DNA from: a virus
Lineage: Duplodnaviria > Caudoviricetes
Virus record (IMG/VR): IMGVR_UViG_3300021978_000001
Span: 32,001 to 96,000 of that record
Length of the DNA stretch: 64,000 nt
Strand: one strand, 5' to 3'
The first letter of the stretch is position 1. Each line of letters begins with the position of its first letter. Both the position numbers and the translations under genes were made by a program. The notes under the pieces are model-generated. The model worked only from the letters and a program-made list of their open reading frames with translations. It was not told the DNA's origin and ran no database searches. This document shows positions 46,901 through 57,100 of the stretch, in pieces.

Positions 46901-48338
46901 TACGTTGTCCCTTGAACGCGGGATTCGGTCCAAGATCCGAGGCATATACCTCGACCCCTTGCGACACCTCTGGCAAGCTGCGTCCATTATGCGCAGCAAA
47001 CACGGCAAACAGGCGAGGGCGTCCGTTGGCGTCCGTGTAATTGTTCGGGTTCAAGTCCCCACCCGCCGCTGGGATTGGCGTCGAGAGGCGAATGAGCCCC
47101 TCGGTATAGTCCACGAACACTTGCTGGGGTCCGGTGACCGAGGGGTCGATCGTGATGTTTTCCAGATCCGTGATCGGGTTATCAAGGTCAGGCACACCAC
47201 CAGCGGTCGCAGGGTACAACGTCATGCCATACCCAGGGACAGGCTCGGTGTTCCCCGCGAGGCTCACATCGAGCGCGAGAGACGCCGCGACACGCGCGCG
47301 CTCCTTGACTTGCGAAGGCGCGATCAGGTTCCTGACACGGATCGTGTCGAGGAGCACGCCATCGTCTGCCTCGAAGATCGAGTTTCCGAGGAACTCATCC
47401 CGCACCGCGAACGGATCATTGGCAAGCTCTCCTACCGTATACACGACCTCGACCGTGGTCGGGAGGTCATCGAGATCGGTCGGAAGCTCGGTTCCATAAA
47501 AGGGATCGAGCACGAGCGTTTCGATGTTTGGCGCGCCTGGGGTGAATGTGACATCCTGCACGTAGTAGAATGACCCCCCGAGCGAAGCCCAGTCCCCCGT
47601 ATTGAAGGTCTGAGGATCATTGTGCGAGGCGACGAGTTGCAGGCGACCTTCCGAGGTCAAGCTCGCGACCACCGAAGAGCTATCCATGGAGACAGCGCTC
47701 GCGCGCGCAGGCCATTCATCCGGCAAGCGCGTCATGTACACCAGAGATTGCGTATCATCATCTCCAGGCCACGCGAGCAAACGCACCGGCTGTGGCAAGA
47801 CCACCTGGTAGTACACGTTCGAGATGCTCCCGAGCGCGCTCGTGTACGCGCGGTCGAGTGTCAGGTTCGCACCCGCAACCGCGTCGATGCCATACGTGTC
47901 CGTATACAGGTTGGCCAGCGACTCGTTGACCCCTGCGGCGTTGGTGATCACCAGGCGGAGATCACTCAGGGTGAAATCCGAGGCGAGGTAGCTCATGTCC
48001 GCGACGCCCGAGGTGAACGTGGTCGAGCTGTTGTTCAGAACACCCGTGGTGCCTTCTGCAACAACGCGCGCACCATAAACATGTGTCTGTTGCACGAGGC
48101 GACGATACCGATAAGGCGTGGTCGCGGGGACCGACTGCGCGAACAAGGCGTAATCATCCACATCACCGAAGAACCGGACATCACCTTGCGAACCGAGCAA
48201 GGGTCCGAACAGGTGCTTTGACGGCGAAGGCACCACACCCGAAGGCAGAGTCTCCTCTTGCGCCGTGAGGTTGTCGTCCGTGCTGGTCTTACCGTCTAGC
48301 GCCTTGCGGACAATATCTTGGTCGAGGCTATCAGCCAT
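43932..48338 (-). CDS. Large tail fibre/spike protein with C-terminal right-handed beta-helix (pectin-lyase-like) region
   Basis: ITVGANGMFRTLKGA followed by repeated NxTIxNG/FSDCQI/ISNSRF/VTGCRF strands; start reassigned to 48338. Confidence 0.65.
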   Translation of the reverse strand: MADSLDQDIVRKALDGKTSTDDNLTAQEETLPSGVVPSPSKHLFGPLLGSQGDVRFFGDVDDYALFAQSVPATTPYRYRRLVQQTHVYGARVVAEGTTGVLNNSSTTFTSGVADMSYLASDFTLSDLRLVITNAAGVNESLANLYTDTYGIDAVAGANLTLDRAYTSALGSISNVYYQVVLPQPVRLLAWPGDDDTQSLVYMTRLPDEWPARASAVSMDSSSVVASLTSEGRLQLVASHNDPQTFNTGDWASLGGSFYYVQDVTFTPGAPNIETLVLDPFYGTELPTDLDDLPTTVEVVYTVGELANDPFAVRDEFLGNSIFEADDGVLLDTIRVRNLIAPSQVKERARVAASLALDVSLAGNTEPVPGYGMTLYPATAGGVPDLDNPITDLENITIDPSVTGPQQVFVDYTEGLIRLSTPIPAAGGDLNPNNYTDANGRPRLFAVFAAHNGRSLPEVSQGVEVYASDLGPNPAFKGQRKVSLDVGEQGLTVQLPSTEGDSIYHGQSSNEQLQIESGSTVANSQGATLEARSLGVDSRRLGRTALTMGLYNSQSARTLGITLRPKLDPSQDTDSQYEWRVTEGRKRAFSAYESTWPVVVGGANDVFEITANGVPFGYTQAAGPAPAAATLAASLEAAYTAAEGALGLSAQTFNVDAVTDATGTRLRFEATGDLFFGSGNAHAGFGIPVDTETTPYNIIQEVAFDGSIEREWGYDTASQEIESDVEDVRLSGGTSGRSVPYDASLRGASQVTNETYPKFVISGGVASLGTATRVDVTQAVVKHPNFTDLRGTVISTAPAAQFEFSGDPVGTYYIYFSYETYALAVIDSTDGAFDPLFETGAGAGVPLVQVDWDGVSITTEDLYDIRRYANKQLEANVITVGANGMFRTLKGAMAYVALRNTTITNPDGAFVVKLLENFTLTEPAGDVVYIPSNTVLDLGGHTLAVEQYTGGAGTGPFAFGQSDGLAAGSATSAFNVTIRNGTLSTDNFGTQAGGTAPDMFRNLGATASDKILFEDLTIQSTDDIETFVSALTLVEFRRVRMTSPDIKRLVEFSAAGSKLIVEDSVLFARNQTVGREPAIVLYGAGSSVQARNSFIAVEGEQPLVSCVDASTVGPALRFTQCDIVLSEDSGFVARTGASAKLFFSAEGTRFSYRNDQLIIDDFAGTALQYAEVSFSDCQIFDVRQDTSSFNFLPGLEAVLSFENTYAENVLVLSGGNGSQVNISNSRFVSEGLTGGGTSIHPELQMTSGTITMTGSEFAGRLLLTTCTTTMHGVTMLYSPTVAFADRLIQITGGSLVMGESTINFTALRPGNDGTALNVLTREIMLFEEGGVGLNTEPKVTLSNCDFTHNTNAAIRITGETESVIVTGCRFAHSTGIAAGTLYEGDYGIYTEDEVGATPRRLVVTGSLFRNYYVSGTDSGAIVVGDNNAVATLFSNTAINSGGSTNFTIGAGVTDLLPLAVDQDTYNNFA

Positions 48339-48342
48339 GAGT

Positions 48343-50331
48343 TCATCCCTCAATCAGTTCGATCTTGTAGATGGCGAAGTCACCACCTGTTGCTGCCGTG
48401 GAGCCGTCCTGGATGCTCACCGCGAAGTAATAGGCGTAGTATCCACTTGCAGAGTTATACAAGGGGAATGTGGCCATGCGAAGCGTGAACAGCACGCTTT
48501 GTGTGCTCTCGACCTCATACGCGAGCATCGCACCCCCAAGCTCCGTGGAAAGTCCCACGGTGAGGGTGGAGAGTCCGTTGAAGAACGCGAGCGCGACACC
48601 CGAAGAAGACACCCCTGTACGACCCACGGCCAGGAGATCTTCACTCAAATCTGCGGCACCTGCGGTGGGATTGCCAATCACGCGGAGTTGGAAATCACGC
48701 GTAGGCTTGGTCAGCCCGAACGCACGGAGATAACTGCGTGTTCCGGTCAAGCCCGAATAGTTCGGCTGTGCGACGCCTCCAGGGAGATTTGGGACGTGGT
48801 TGACCGAGTAGTTTGTATCAGGATATGCAAGCTCCCCCCCGAGGCCCGAGACCCCCGCAGGGATCGTATGTCCCGAAACAATCCCGCGCACCTGAAGATC
48901 GGAAGCTCCGAAGACCTCGGGGTCAAACGTCGAGTTCACGCCGCGAGGATCAGGTTGAACCGTCGCGAGGTCCGCCCCTGCATAACGCGTGACCTCATCA
49001 ATGAAGTTCTCCGTCTGGATGCGGCTCACGGGAGGAATATCACCCGGGAACTGGAAGGTCACCGCCGCGTTCCCCAGGATATTGCGTGCATCCGAGTTGA
49101 CCTCGATGTCCTGGCGATTGAACGGGTCCGTTCCGAGAAGCTCGGGCGACCCGATCAGGGCAAGCTCTCCGTCATCGGGCTCGAACTGCAAGGTCAAGGC
49201 CGCCGCTGTGGCGGTCGATCCCGTCAGGATTGGGTTGGGCGAATAGTCCGTATACAGGGGGGACTGAGCGCCCTCGTTGCTGCCATTGTTGTAGCGCAAG
49301 CGCAACGCATCTTCCAGGAAGGTGTCCGCGTACAACCCATCCACATCAGTGGTCAACTCGAAATCATCAGCGGGACCATAGTAGGTCACACCGCTCATCA
49401 CGCGTGGCGTCGCTTCGGCGGTATCCGCATCATCGACGGGCGTGAAGGTATAACTGTTGATCGTGACCCCCGTCGCGACATCCGCGTCACGATAAAGGGG
49501 CTCCGCGAAGAGCTGGAAGTCCGCGAACGCTTCGTAAGGCTGCGCTGCCTTGTCCGCGAAGTAGTCTTCTGCGGTCTTGTAGTGCACGAGTTCGATGATC
49601 CCGCGCAACCCCGAAGTCAACCCGAGGTCAACCGTGATCACGAAGCGCGCGAGCTGGTATCCCGCGTAGTCCACCGCAAACGCGTCATAGACAGGATCAG
49701 GTCCAGCTCCCAGGAACGGGAAGTTGGCGCGCGTGTAGTCTGTGAGTTGAGGCAAGCGATCCGAGAGCGTGATGTCTACTGGCAAACCATCAATCGCGGC
49801 GCTCGCAGGCGCGACAGGCACATCCGCCTGACCGATGATGCGTGCAGGCGAGGCACTCGCTTCCGGGTCACCCTCGGTGAAGAGGTTGCGTAGGATAATC
49901 GCTTGCACCACGGTCCCATCTAGCTTGACCGCGAGCACGCCACGGTCAGCCGGATACAGAATACCCGAGATCTCCAGGTCTTGTACATTCACCAAACGCG
50001 CCACGGCGCCCGTCGCGGTCCCATCAGGGTAACGACCGAGCGCAGGTGTCGGGTTGTATGCCAGCCCGGGAAGATTGAGCGGGTTTTGTGTCTCGTCGAG
50101 GCGGTTAGGGCGAGGCAAGGGCGCGAGGTCATTGATGACGTTCAGGTTCACCTGGACGTTCTCACCTCCGAGCAACGGTGGCTCGACGCTTTCGACATCT
50201 TCTGCGAGGACGTCCGGCTGGAGCGCGGCGCCTCCCCCTGGTGTGAACGTCAAGGACGAGGAATCCACCGAGCCTTGACCGGCGCGGCCCGCCCCCACGG
50301 TGATTTGACTTGGGTCTGTATTGCGTGGCAT
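48343..50331 (-). CDS. Putative virion structural protein (662 aa)
   Basis: Tightly packed in the structural operon; composition like its neighbours. Confidence 0.6.
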   Translation of the reverse strand: MPRNTDPSQITVGAGRAGQGSVDSSSLTFTPGGGAALQPDVLAEDVESVEPPLLGGENVQVNLNVINDLAPLPRPNRLDETQNPLNLPGLAYNPTPALGRYPDGTATGAVARLVNVQDLEISGILYPADRGVLAVKLDGTVVQAIILRNLFTEGDPEASASPARIIGQADVPVAPASAAIDGLPVDITLSDRLPQLTDYTRANFPFLGAGPDPVYDAFAVDYAGYQLARFVITVDLGLTSGLRGIIELVHYKTAEDYFADKAAQPYEAFADFQLFAEPLYRDADVATGVTINSYTFTPVDDADTAEATPRVMSGVTYYGPADDFELTTDVDGLYADTFLEDALRLRYNNGSNEGAQSPLYTDYSPNPILTGSTATAAALTLQFEPDDGELALIGSPELLGTDPFNRQDIEVNSDARNILGNAAVTFQFPGDIPPVSRIQTENFIDEVTRYAGADLATVQPDPRGVNSTFDPEVFGASDLQVRGIVSGHTIPAGVSGLGGELAYPDTNYSVNHVPNLPGGVAQPNYSGLTGTRSYLRAFGLTKPTRDFQLRVIGNPTAGAADLSEDLLAVGRTGVSSSGVALAFFNGLSTLTVGLSTELGGAMLAYEVESTQSVLFTLRMATFPLYNSASGYYAYYFAVSIQDGSTAATGGDFAIYKIELIEG

Positions 50332-50340
50332 GGAAGCTCC

Positions 50341-52926
50341 TTACTTGACGAGAAGATTGCCCTTGAGTTTATAAACAGCAGCACAAGTCAGGTTGCCCGT
50401 ATCCGCGAACCCGATACGGTTCTCAGAGCTGGCTTCCAAGTAGTTGGCCACGACCACGAGGACAAGCTCACCCTGCCGCCCGAAGTCCGTGTCCTGCTCC
50501 AACCTCCCGATGAAAGAGACGAACACCTTGTGTTCTGCGAGCGCGCTCAAGGACTGCGCGATGGCAGAAGGACGGTACGCCGTCAAATCGACCGAGGTAA
50601 AGTGATCCAGAAACTCCGCGTTCTGTGTCGTGACATTGAGCGGGTCCTGGAACGTGAACGACTCTACAGGCACCATGGGGAGCAACAGCGGAAGCTCGGC
50701 AAAGCCCGTGGTCGCGTCATAATCATCAATCGAGATAGGACCAGGCGCCGAAAGCTCGGCTTCCGAGTCATAAGGCGCGTCACGGTGTACCGGAATCTGT
50801 CCCATCGGCGCCTCGTAAGGGAAGCTCGTCAAGGGAGAGCCCGAACCTGTGGTACCGACACGCATCTTGGGAGAGATGGCGAGCGGCTTGATCACCAGGT
50901 CGTTGTTCGGCGTCGCGTTTTGCAGGTACTCGAACTGAATCGCCTGAATCCCAGGCGTCATGTAGTAAAACGTGATCGGCGTCCCATTGGTCGGCAACGC
51001 GCGCGCCGGGAAGAAGGTCACATCCACAGAAGTGTCATCAGCGGGGAGAGGCCCTCCTGCGTCGATGCCTACCTGACGCCCTGACGTGCGGGAAGGATCG
51101 ACCGTGTAGAGCGGCCCTCCACCTGTGCCCTGGACCGAGACCACACCGTTGATCGTGCCTCCTGCACCTTCGTAAAGGTACTCGGGAAGCAGCACCGTGG
51201 TCGTGTCCTGCGCGAAGACGGTAAGCGTGACCGCGCTATCGGTCGTGTATGTCGCGGAGACCTCACGGTGCGGGCCATCTTCATAAGAGACCTGGAGGTA
51301 GTCACGAATCGCCTCACGCCCTGCGGCGTCATTGGTAAACACCACACCGATGTCTGCGTTGAACGCGGTGGGGTCATGCACATTGGTCGTGAACCCCGCC
51401 GCCGCGCCATCGACATGGGCGTTCAAGCCCGCGCCCACGGGGTAGAGCACCTCATAAGTCACCCAAAGGTCAGCAGACGATCCGGGCGTGGGAGGGTCAT
51501 CGAGTGTGATCACGACCGTCTGACCACCGAGACCACTGATCGCGCTGTAGTTGTACGTTTGCACGCCGGAACCCGCGCCACCTGCGCTCTCGTTCAAGGA
51601 GACTTCGAGCACATCGTTGATCACGGTTCCTGTAGGTTGCTCGTCCGAGAGTGGCCCTCCGAGTCCCGTGATCGCCGTAAGGTCGAGAGTTACAGTATCA
51701 CCCGCGTTCCAGGTGCCCCCGGGAGGAGCAAAGACCACGATGTGTTGTTGCGCGGTGGGACGATCCGAGAAGACGGTACGAATCCCATCAGCGCCGCCAA
51801 ACGTGTTCCCCGATGCAGGGTCCGAGGGTACCGCATTCGAGGGAACGAGATCATCTGCTTTCAAGATACGCGAGCCTGCAAGCTCCGAGCCTCCCACATA
51901 GAAGCCCGTGTAGGCCGTGTTGGTTGCCCAGGTACGCAGGTTCAAATCCATCAGGAGCGAGGTCGAGCGTTCGACCTCGTGTGTCAAATCGAACCCAGTG
52001 AAAGAAACGTGACGGCGCATGTCCTGGAGGTCGTCAAAGACCACCGAATCCGAGTAGTAGCCGTCAGGACGATCCGAAGAGCCCGATGCGAGCAAGGCTC
52101 CTCCGTTTCCATTCCCGAGGAAATCGAACGCCTGAGAGTTGCGGCGATACACCAGGCACACAGGGATCGAGTAAACGTAACCATCCGTCGTCCCCAGGGA
52201 GTTATTGGGGTCTCCGTCTCCCGCGCGCCACAAACCGGGATCACCCTCTACCTCATCGAACGTGAAGACGCTCAGAGCAGCCTGTGGTCCTTGGGCGAAG
52301 ACATTGGCGTCGGTGTAGCCCTTCTTGTTGGCCGTGTTGGTCAAGCGTTGGGACTTGAGCCTCCATTGGATCTGCACGCGACGTGTGGACTCAGCAGCGA
52401 GCACCGGGTCGATCATGTCTTCCGTGATCCATGTGGCCGCAGGAGAGAGCACGTTTCCGTTGTACCAGATCTGAGTAGCGCTCGGTTTGTTATCCGTCGA
52501 AGGGTCCGGCGCCACGAGCGCCTTCCATACTTCGAGATACACGAAATCCAACGCGATTGACCCCGCAGAAGCAGGAGGAGACGCGAGCGTGATCCGGTTT
52601 TCTTCGGCGGTCGTCGTGTTGGTGAACTCCAGAGGAATCACCCAACCGTTGACGTGCACCACAGGACGGTCGATCAGGTAGAACGCGTTGGCTTCCGCGC
52701 GGAAGTCAAACGAACTGTTGCTGTCCTCATCGAAATCCCCGGTCAAGAACCCCGAGGGCGCTTGCTGGCGCAGCACTTCCTGTGCCTTGAAGAACTGGAT
52801 GTCCTGGTTCAGGTTCAGCTCGGCATCGAGGACAAACTTGCCATCCTGATACACCACATTCTCGAACCCGGTGTTTTCGGGATCGAGGTAGCGACTTACC
52901 CCTGCGCCGTAATCGTTTTCAGCCAT
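50341..52926 (-). CDS. Virion structural / tail protein (861 aa; paralogue of the 38815-43251 N-terminus)
   Basis: Shared blocks such as VNGWxIPL, FVxLEVWKA, DPGLWRAGDGD...GTxDGYVYxIPVC. Confidence 0.7.
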   Translation of the reverse strand: MAENDYGAGVSRYLDPENTGFENVVYQDGKFVLDAELNLNQDIQFFKAQEVLRQQAPSGFLTGDFDEDSNSSFDFRAEANAFYLIDRPVVHVNGWVIPLEFTNTTTAEENRITLASPPASAGSIALDFVYLEVWKALVAPDPSTDNKPSATQIWYNGNVLSPAATWITEDMIDPVLAAESTRRVQIQWRLKSQRLTNTANKKGYTDANVFAQGPQAALSVFTFDEVEGDPGLWRAGDGDPNNSLGTTDGYVYSIPVCLVYRRNSQAFDFLGNGNGGALLASGSSDRPDGYYSDSVVFDDLQDMRRHVSFTGFDLTHEVERSTSLLMDLNLRTWATNTAYTGFYVGGSELAGSRILKADDLVPSNAVPSDPASGNTFGGADGIRTVFSDRPTAQQHIVVFAPPGGTWNAGDTVTLDLTAITGLGGPLSDEQPTGTVINDVLEVSLNESAGGAGSGVQTYNYSAISGLGGQTVVITLDDPPTPGSSADLWVTYEVLYPVGAGLNAHVDGAAAGFTTNVHDPTAFNADIGVVFTNDAAGREAIRDYLQVSYEDGPHREVSATYTTDSAVTLTVFAQDTTTVLLPEYLYEGAGGTINGVVSVQGTGGGPLYTVDPSRTSGRQVGIDAGGPLPADDTSVDVTFFPARALPTNGTPITFYYMTPGIQAIQFEYLQNATPNNDLVIKPLAISPKMRVGTTGSGSPLTSFPYEAPMGQIPVHRDAPYDSEAELSAPGPISIDDYDATTGFAELPLLLPMVPVESFTFQDPLNVTTQNAEFLDHFTSVDLTAYRPSAIAQSLSALAEHKVFVSFIGRLEQDTDFGRQGELVLVVVANYLEASSENRIGFADTGNLTCAAVYKLKGNLLVK

Positions 52927-52971
52927 GTCTCACGCTCATCGCAACAGATTGGAGGGAACACAAAGGATACA

Positions 52972-53631
52972 TCAAAACGTTAGCCGCCACGTAATTTGCA
53001 ACCGAGCCGTCGCGGGCTTGTTGATCACGGGGAACGTCAGATAGTTGCACAAGGTATCCTTGTTGCGCAAGTCTTCTGTGTCATCATACGGCCCGTTGGC
53101 GGGAGACACGGGGTTGGTCACCCCGAGGTCTTCCGAAATGTCTCCTCCCAACAATCCCATCTCGACCAGGGGACCCACCGCTTCCGACTGCGCGAAGGTG
53201 GTGGTAAGGTCGATGATGTTCGTGGGGTAAGACACCGGCGAGCCTCCCGAGTCCACGAAGGTCGTGGTCGAGAAGGTCTTTCTCGACAGCTCGGAGTAGA
53301 GCGCGCGTTGGGTGTTGGTCTCTGCGGGAGGGTTTTGCAAATCCCAACCCACATCTCCTGTCCCGATGGCCAGGGCATAGATGCCGTGGCGAGGCCCCAG
53401 AGGGTCGAGGCACAGGCGCGCGAGCAAGATGCTCATGTCCAGAGTCACGATGTTATGCGTCGCGACCTCTTCGACCCTGCCATCATCATGCAAGAGCGTG
53501 AAGAACACGTCCCCTTGAATGTGCTGACGACGACGGCCCTGGTAGCGATCACGATAAAGGGCGCCCATGGCCTGGCTTACTTCCGAGGCCATGCGGTGGA
53601 GTTTCCGGTAGAAATCGTTAAACAATGGCAT
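52972..53631 (-). CDS. Tail-collar / baseplate fibre-attachment-like protein
   Basis: NIVT...YALAIGTGD...PPAETNTQRALYSELSRK...TTTFAQSEAVGPLVEMGLLG...TFPVINKP...ITWRLTF pattern. Confidence 0.65.
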   Translation of the reverse strand: MPLFNDFYRKLHRMASEVSQAMGALYRDRYQGRRRQHIQGDVFFTLLHDDGRVEEVATHNIVTLDMSILLARLCLDPLGPRHGIYALAIGTGDVGWDLQNPPAETNTQRALYSELSRKTFSTTTFVDSGGSPVSYPTNIIDLTTTFAQSEAVGPLVEMGLLGGDISEDLGVTNPVSPANGPYDDTEDLRNKDTLCNYLTFPVINKPATARLQITWRLTF

Positions 53632-53676
53632 GATGTCCTTACCTCACTTGATACAGCAGACTCACACTGTGTGTGC

Positions 53677-53691
53677 CTTACAAGTGAATTA
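53677..53691 (-). promoter_or_regulatory. Putative late promoter TAAT-N3-CTTGTAAG
   Basis: Minus strand TAATTCACTTGTAAG ahead of the 15-kb structural gene run. Confidence 0.6.
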
Positions 53692-53714
53692 ATGTCATAC
53701 CCGGCCCGAAGCGC

Positions 53715-54032
53715 TCATGAAGCGAAAAAGGCTTCCACACGTGCCTCGTCCTTCTCCCCCTTCGCGAGATCGCGCATGACCCCCTCGAAAGCGACTTCGA
53801 GGTCACGGTCTGTACATTCCTTCGGCAACTCCAGCCCCGCACAAGCAAACGCCTCGCGAACCGCGTCGCCCACGTTCTCTTGCTCGACGTAAGCCTCCTT
53901 GATCTTCTCCTCTTCGAGCATGTAGAAGAGCGCCTCTCGATCGCGGTTCGCTCCGCACGCAGTATAGTGGTTGAAGAAAATAAACCGGGCAGCTTCTCGG
54001 GGATTCTGATACAGGGTAGCGCCATAACGCAT
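53715..54032 (-). CDS. Hypothetical protein (105 aa) in a promoter-bearing cassette inserted into the structural operon
   Basis: Own early-type promoter at 54083; start reassigned to 54032. Confidence 0.65.
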   Translation of the reverse strand: MRYGATLYQNPREAARFIFFNHYTACGANRDREALFYMLEEEKIKEAYVEQENVGDAVREAFACAGLELPKECTDRDLEVAFEGVMRDLAKGEKDEARVEAFFAS

Positions 54033-54082
54033 GATGAACCTCTCTGGTGTTTGATGGGTGTGTCGTTCGTGTTGTACACCCC

Positions 54083-54111
54083 CTGATACCACAAGAGATA
54101 TTTACCGTAAA
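54083..54111 (-). promoter_or_regulatory. Repeated early-type promoter
   Basis: TTTACG-N17 (ending TTGTGG)-TATCAG-GGGGTGTAC. Confidence 0.7.
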
Positions 54112-54118
54112 GCCCACA

Positions 54119-57100
54119 TCAAGGGAAGTTCACTGTCGTCACAAAGTCGAGCACCTGGTCGCTGGTGGTCTGCGTGTTCAGGGTGAATACCACTGAATCC
54201 TCGTGCACCACGTCACCAGGGGTATTCACGACCGAGTTCAGCGTCGCCTTGGGGTTGTTGAGGAGCCCGGACCCGTAGAAGTCAGTCAAGACGCTCTCAC
54301 CTCCTGTCAAGGCTTCGTCGGTGACGGCGCCTACCTCATCGGTGTACGTGATCTCACACACGAGCGTGACCGCGCTCGCGAGGTTCGCGAGGTTTCCTTC
54401 CGGGCTGTTGAGGACCGTATTGGGGTTGTTCAACTGGAGGAGACGTCCCCGTGTACGTGGATTCTCATCTCCTTGGTCAGGAAACGTGTAGGTATCCTCA
54501 TACGGATCTTCGAGCGTGATGGCCACGAACTTGTCGCACGCGGCAGAGACCAAGCCCTGCTCCCCATATTGTACAACCGAACACAAATCCAGGCTCGCGA
54601 GGAACGAATCCTCCTTGCGTCGAAACACCACCGAGGTGCCCGCGTCATTGAGGATAAAATCATCGTCGCTGTTCAACAAATCGTTCTGATCGTTGAGCTG
54701 CGAGTTGAACTCGACGCTCGCCGTGACCTGTGCCTGGTGCGTCAAAGCAAACGGTGGCGTCCCTTCCCCAAGGCGAATCACGGGGCGATTGTTCTTGAGG
54801 TACCCTTTCCCGAAGGGGCGGCGGTGGTACAACGTCACTCGCAAGGGGCTGGTCAAGTCCGTAAGCGGTGTATCGAGCGTGATCTCGTTCGATACCCGGT
54901 CGTAGGTGTATGTGTACGCAGTGAGTCCATCCTGACTCGTCACAGACAACACACGATCTGCGAACATACCCACTTGCCCGGGACGCAAGATAGTGGCCGT
55001 GTACGGGGTGATCAACACTTGCTCGGGGTCACGATCCTCGACGGGCTCTGGTGAGGTCAGCGTGTTCGAGTAGTTGAGCACCGCGTTAGGCAATGTGCGC
55101 TGATCCTCGCGACGGTTCAGCAAGATGTAGTTGACACGATCCCACTGTGCGTCGGTGTAGGCCGCAGGGTCGAGTGTTCCGAAGAGGACATAGCCCAGGT
55201 TCGTGTCCACGTTCGTGAGGTCTTCACGCAAGGGGAGCTGGTTGTAGGGCAGCGTCAGAGAAGGCGTGCTCGACCCTCCCAGGAAAATCTCCACAATGGA
55301 GGTCTTGTTGATGCGCACACGGACATCGAGGAAAGCCCCAAAGAACTCCGCTGGCGCGCTCGTGTATTGGTTGGCGTCCAGAATATCACCTGAGCCCGTG
55401 TAAAGCCCGATGCGGCGATTCCCATGGGCTGCCTGGTGCGCGTAGAAGTAATCGACCTCGAAGGTGCCCTGACCGTCCAGGACACCAAAACGTGCCTGCA
55501 CATCGGTAGCCGTCGAGACCGGCGCGAGCAAAACATCAATCAAGCCGACATACACGCCATCCGCGAACACCGAGAGGTTATCCCCATAGCGCACCAGCTT
55601 GAAGTGCGTCAGCTCGGTGCTCGCGGTCCAATCATAGTTGACTCCAACAGGGTTGCCCCCATCGAGCACCAGCGTGCCCGTGTCGTCCACGAGCACGAGC
55701 ATGGGCGTCCCGTCATCGTAGGGCGCCAGGTAGACGACATACTCCCCATCATCGACCCCAAAGAAGAACGGCGCGAGGTCATCAGAGGTCAAGGTGTAAT
55801 CCTTGATCGCGAGCCTCGTGGCGCATACCCACTCGGTGATCGAACCTCGCCCTACTTCGACCGCAGAAGCCGTCGCTGCCGCGCCGTCGTGCGTGATCAC
55901 GAGGCGATGGTCATAGTAGGACAACTCATCGGCGTCGAGCGTGGACGTGAAGCCCGCGTCGGTAGGAGACGTTACCCCACCATACGCGTAGAGGAAGGCG
56001 CCAGGCAAGGGCGCGTTGTAGCCATCGAGGTGTCCTTGTGTAGACAGTGAGATGCCGTTGATGAACTGCCAGAAGCCCGTCGCGGATTTGGCGAGCGCGC
56101 CTTGTCCCTGGTACTGCGCTGGCGCGTTCTCGTCAAAGAGCGAGAGCGTCATCTGGCGCTTCTCATCCGCGAGAATCACCGTCGAAGCCATACCCTGTGC
56201 CCAACTGGTCACGCGCACCTTGAACGTGATCTCTCGCAAGGAAGCCTGGTCGATAAAGGGCTCGACGCGCGACCACGCGTACCCTTCACCCACCACAGGT
56301 TGTCCTGCTGACTGTTGCAGCACCAGGTCACCCGGCAACGTGCGAGCATAACCCTGGTTTTGCGCGAGGTACCATGGAGGTGTGTTATCCTCGGGGAGCG
56401 TCACCATGTCCGTGACCACGCTCACGACCTGCGCGGATTCCGTCCCCTGATCCGGCGTGACCGCGAAGCGCACGAAGTCCCACCCCACCTCGCTCACCGC
56501 ACGACGCGAGGCAGACCCGAAGAAGAGCGAGTTGTTTCGCAAGAGCGCGAAGATCTCGGGAGCAATCGCGGCATCGTCCTGGCTCACCGATGCGATAGGT
56601 GTCTCGAACCCTGCGAGAAACAGCGCAAACTCTCCAGAAGAGGTCTTCGCCGCGCGATACGAGCGCAACACCGTGAAGTCTACTTCGAGGAAAAGCTCGA
56701 CTGGACCCGTGGCAGGGAACGCGACATCGACCGTCACCGTGAAGCCATCGACCCCTTGGTCGTCGATGTCCAGGACAGTGTAGACTACACCATCGCTCCA
56801 GAGACGCTCTCCCAGGGTAAAGGGTGGCTCGGTCGTAAAGCGAAGCTGTGTATTCGGCCCATTCGGGTTTTCGACCACCGAGGTAAGCCCGCTCCAGGAG
56901 TCAATGAGGGTCTCGTCTCCTGTGTCCGAGAGAATCCCTGCGGTCAGAAAGCCCCCGGAGAGTTCGAGGAAGCCGACAAGGTACGCGCGCTCATCATCCG
57001 ACCAACCCGCTGTGATGCCCGTAAACACCCCATCAGGCGTGTAGGAGAGCGCGCGAAGGCGCCAGTTCAGCGAGCTGCTGGCTTCATAGCTCAGGTCCAA

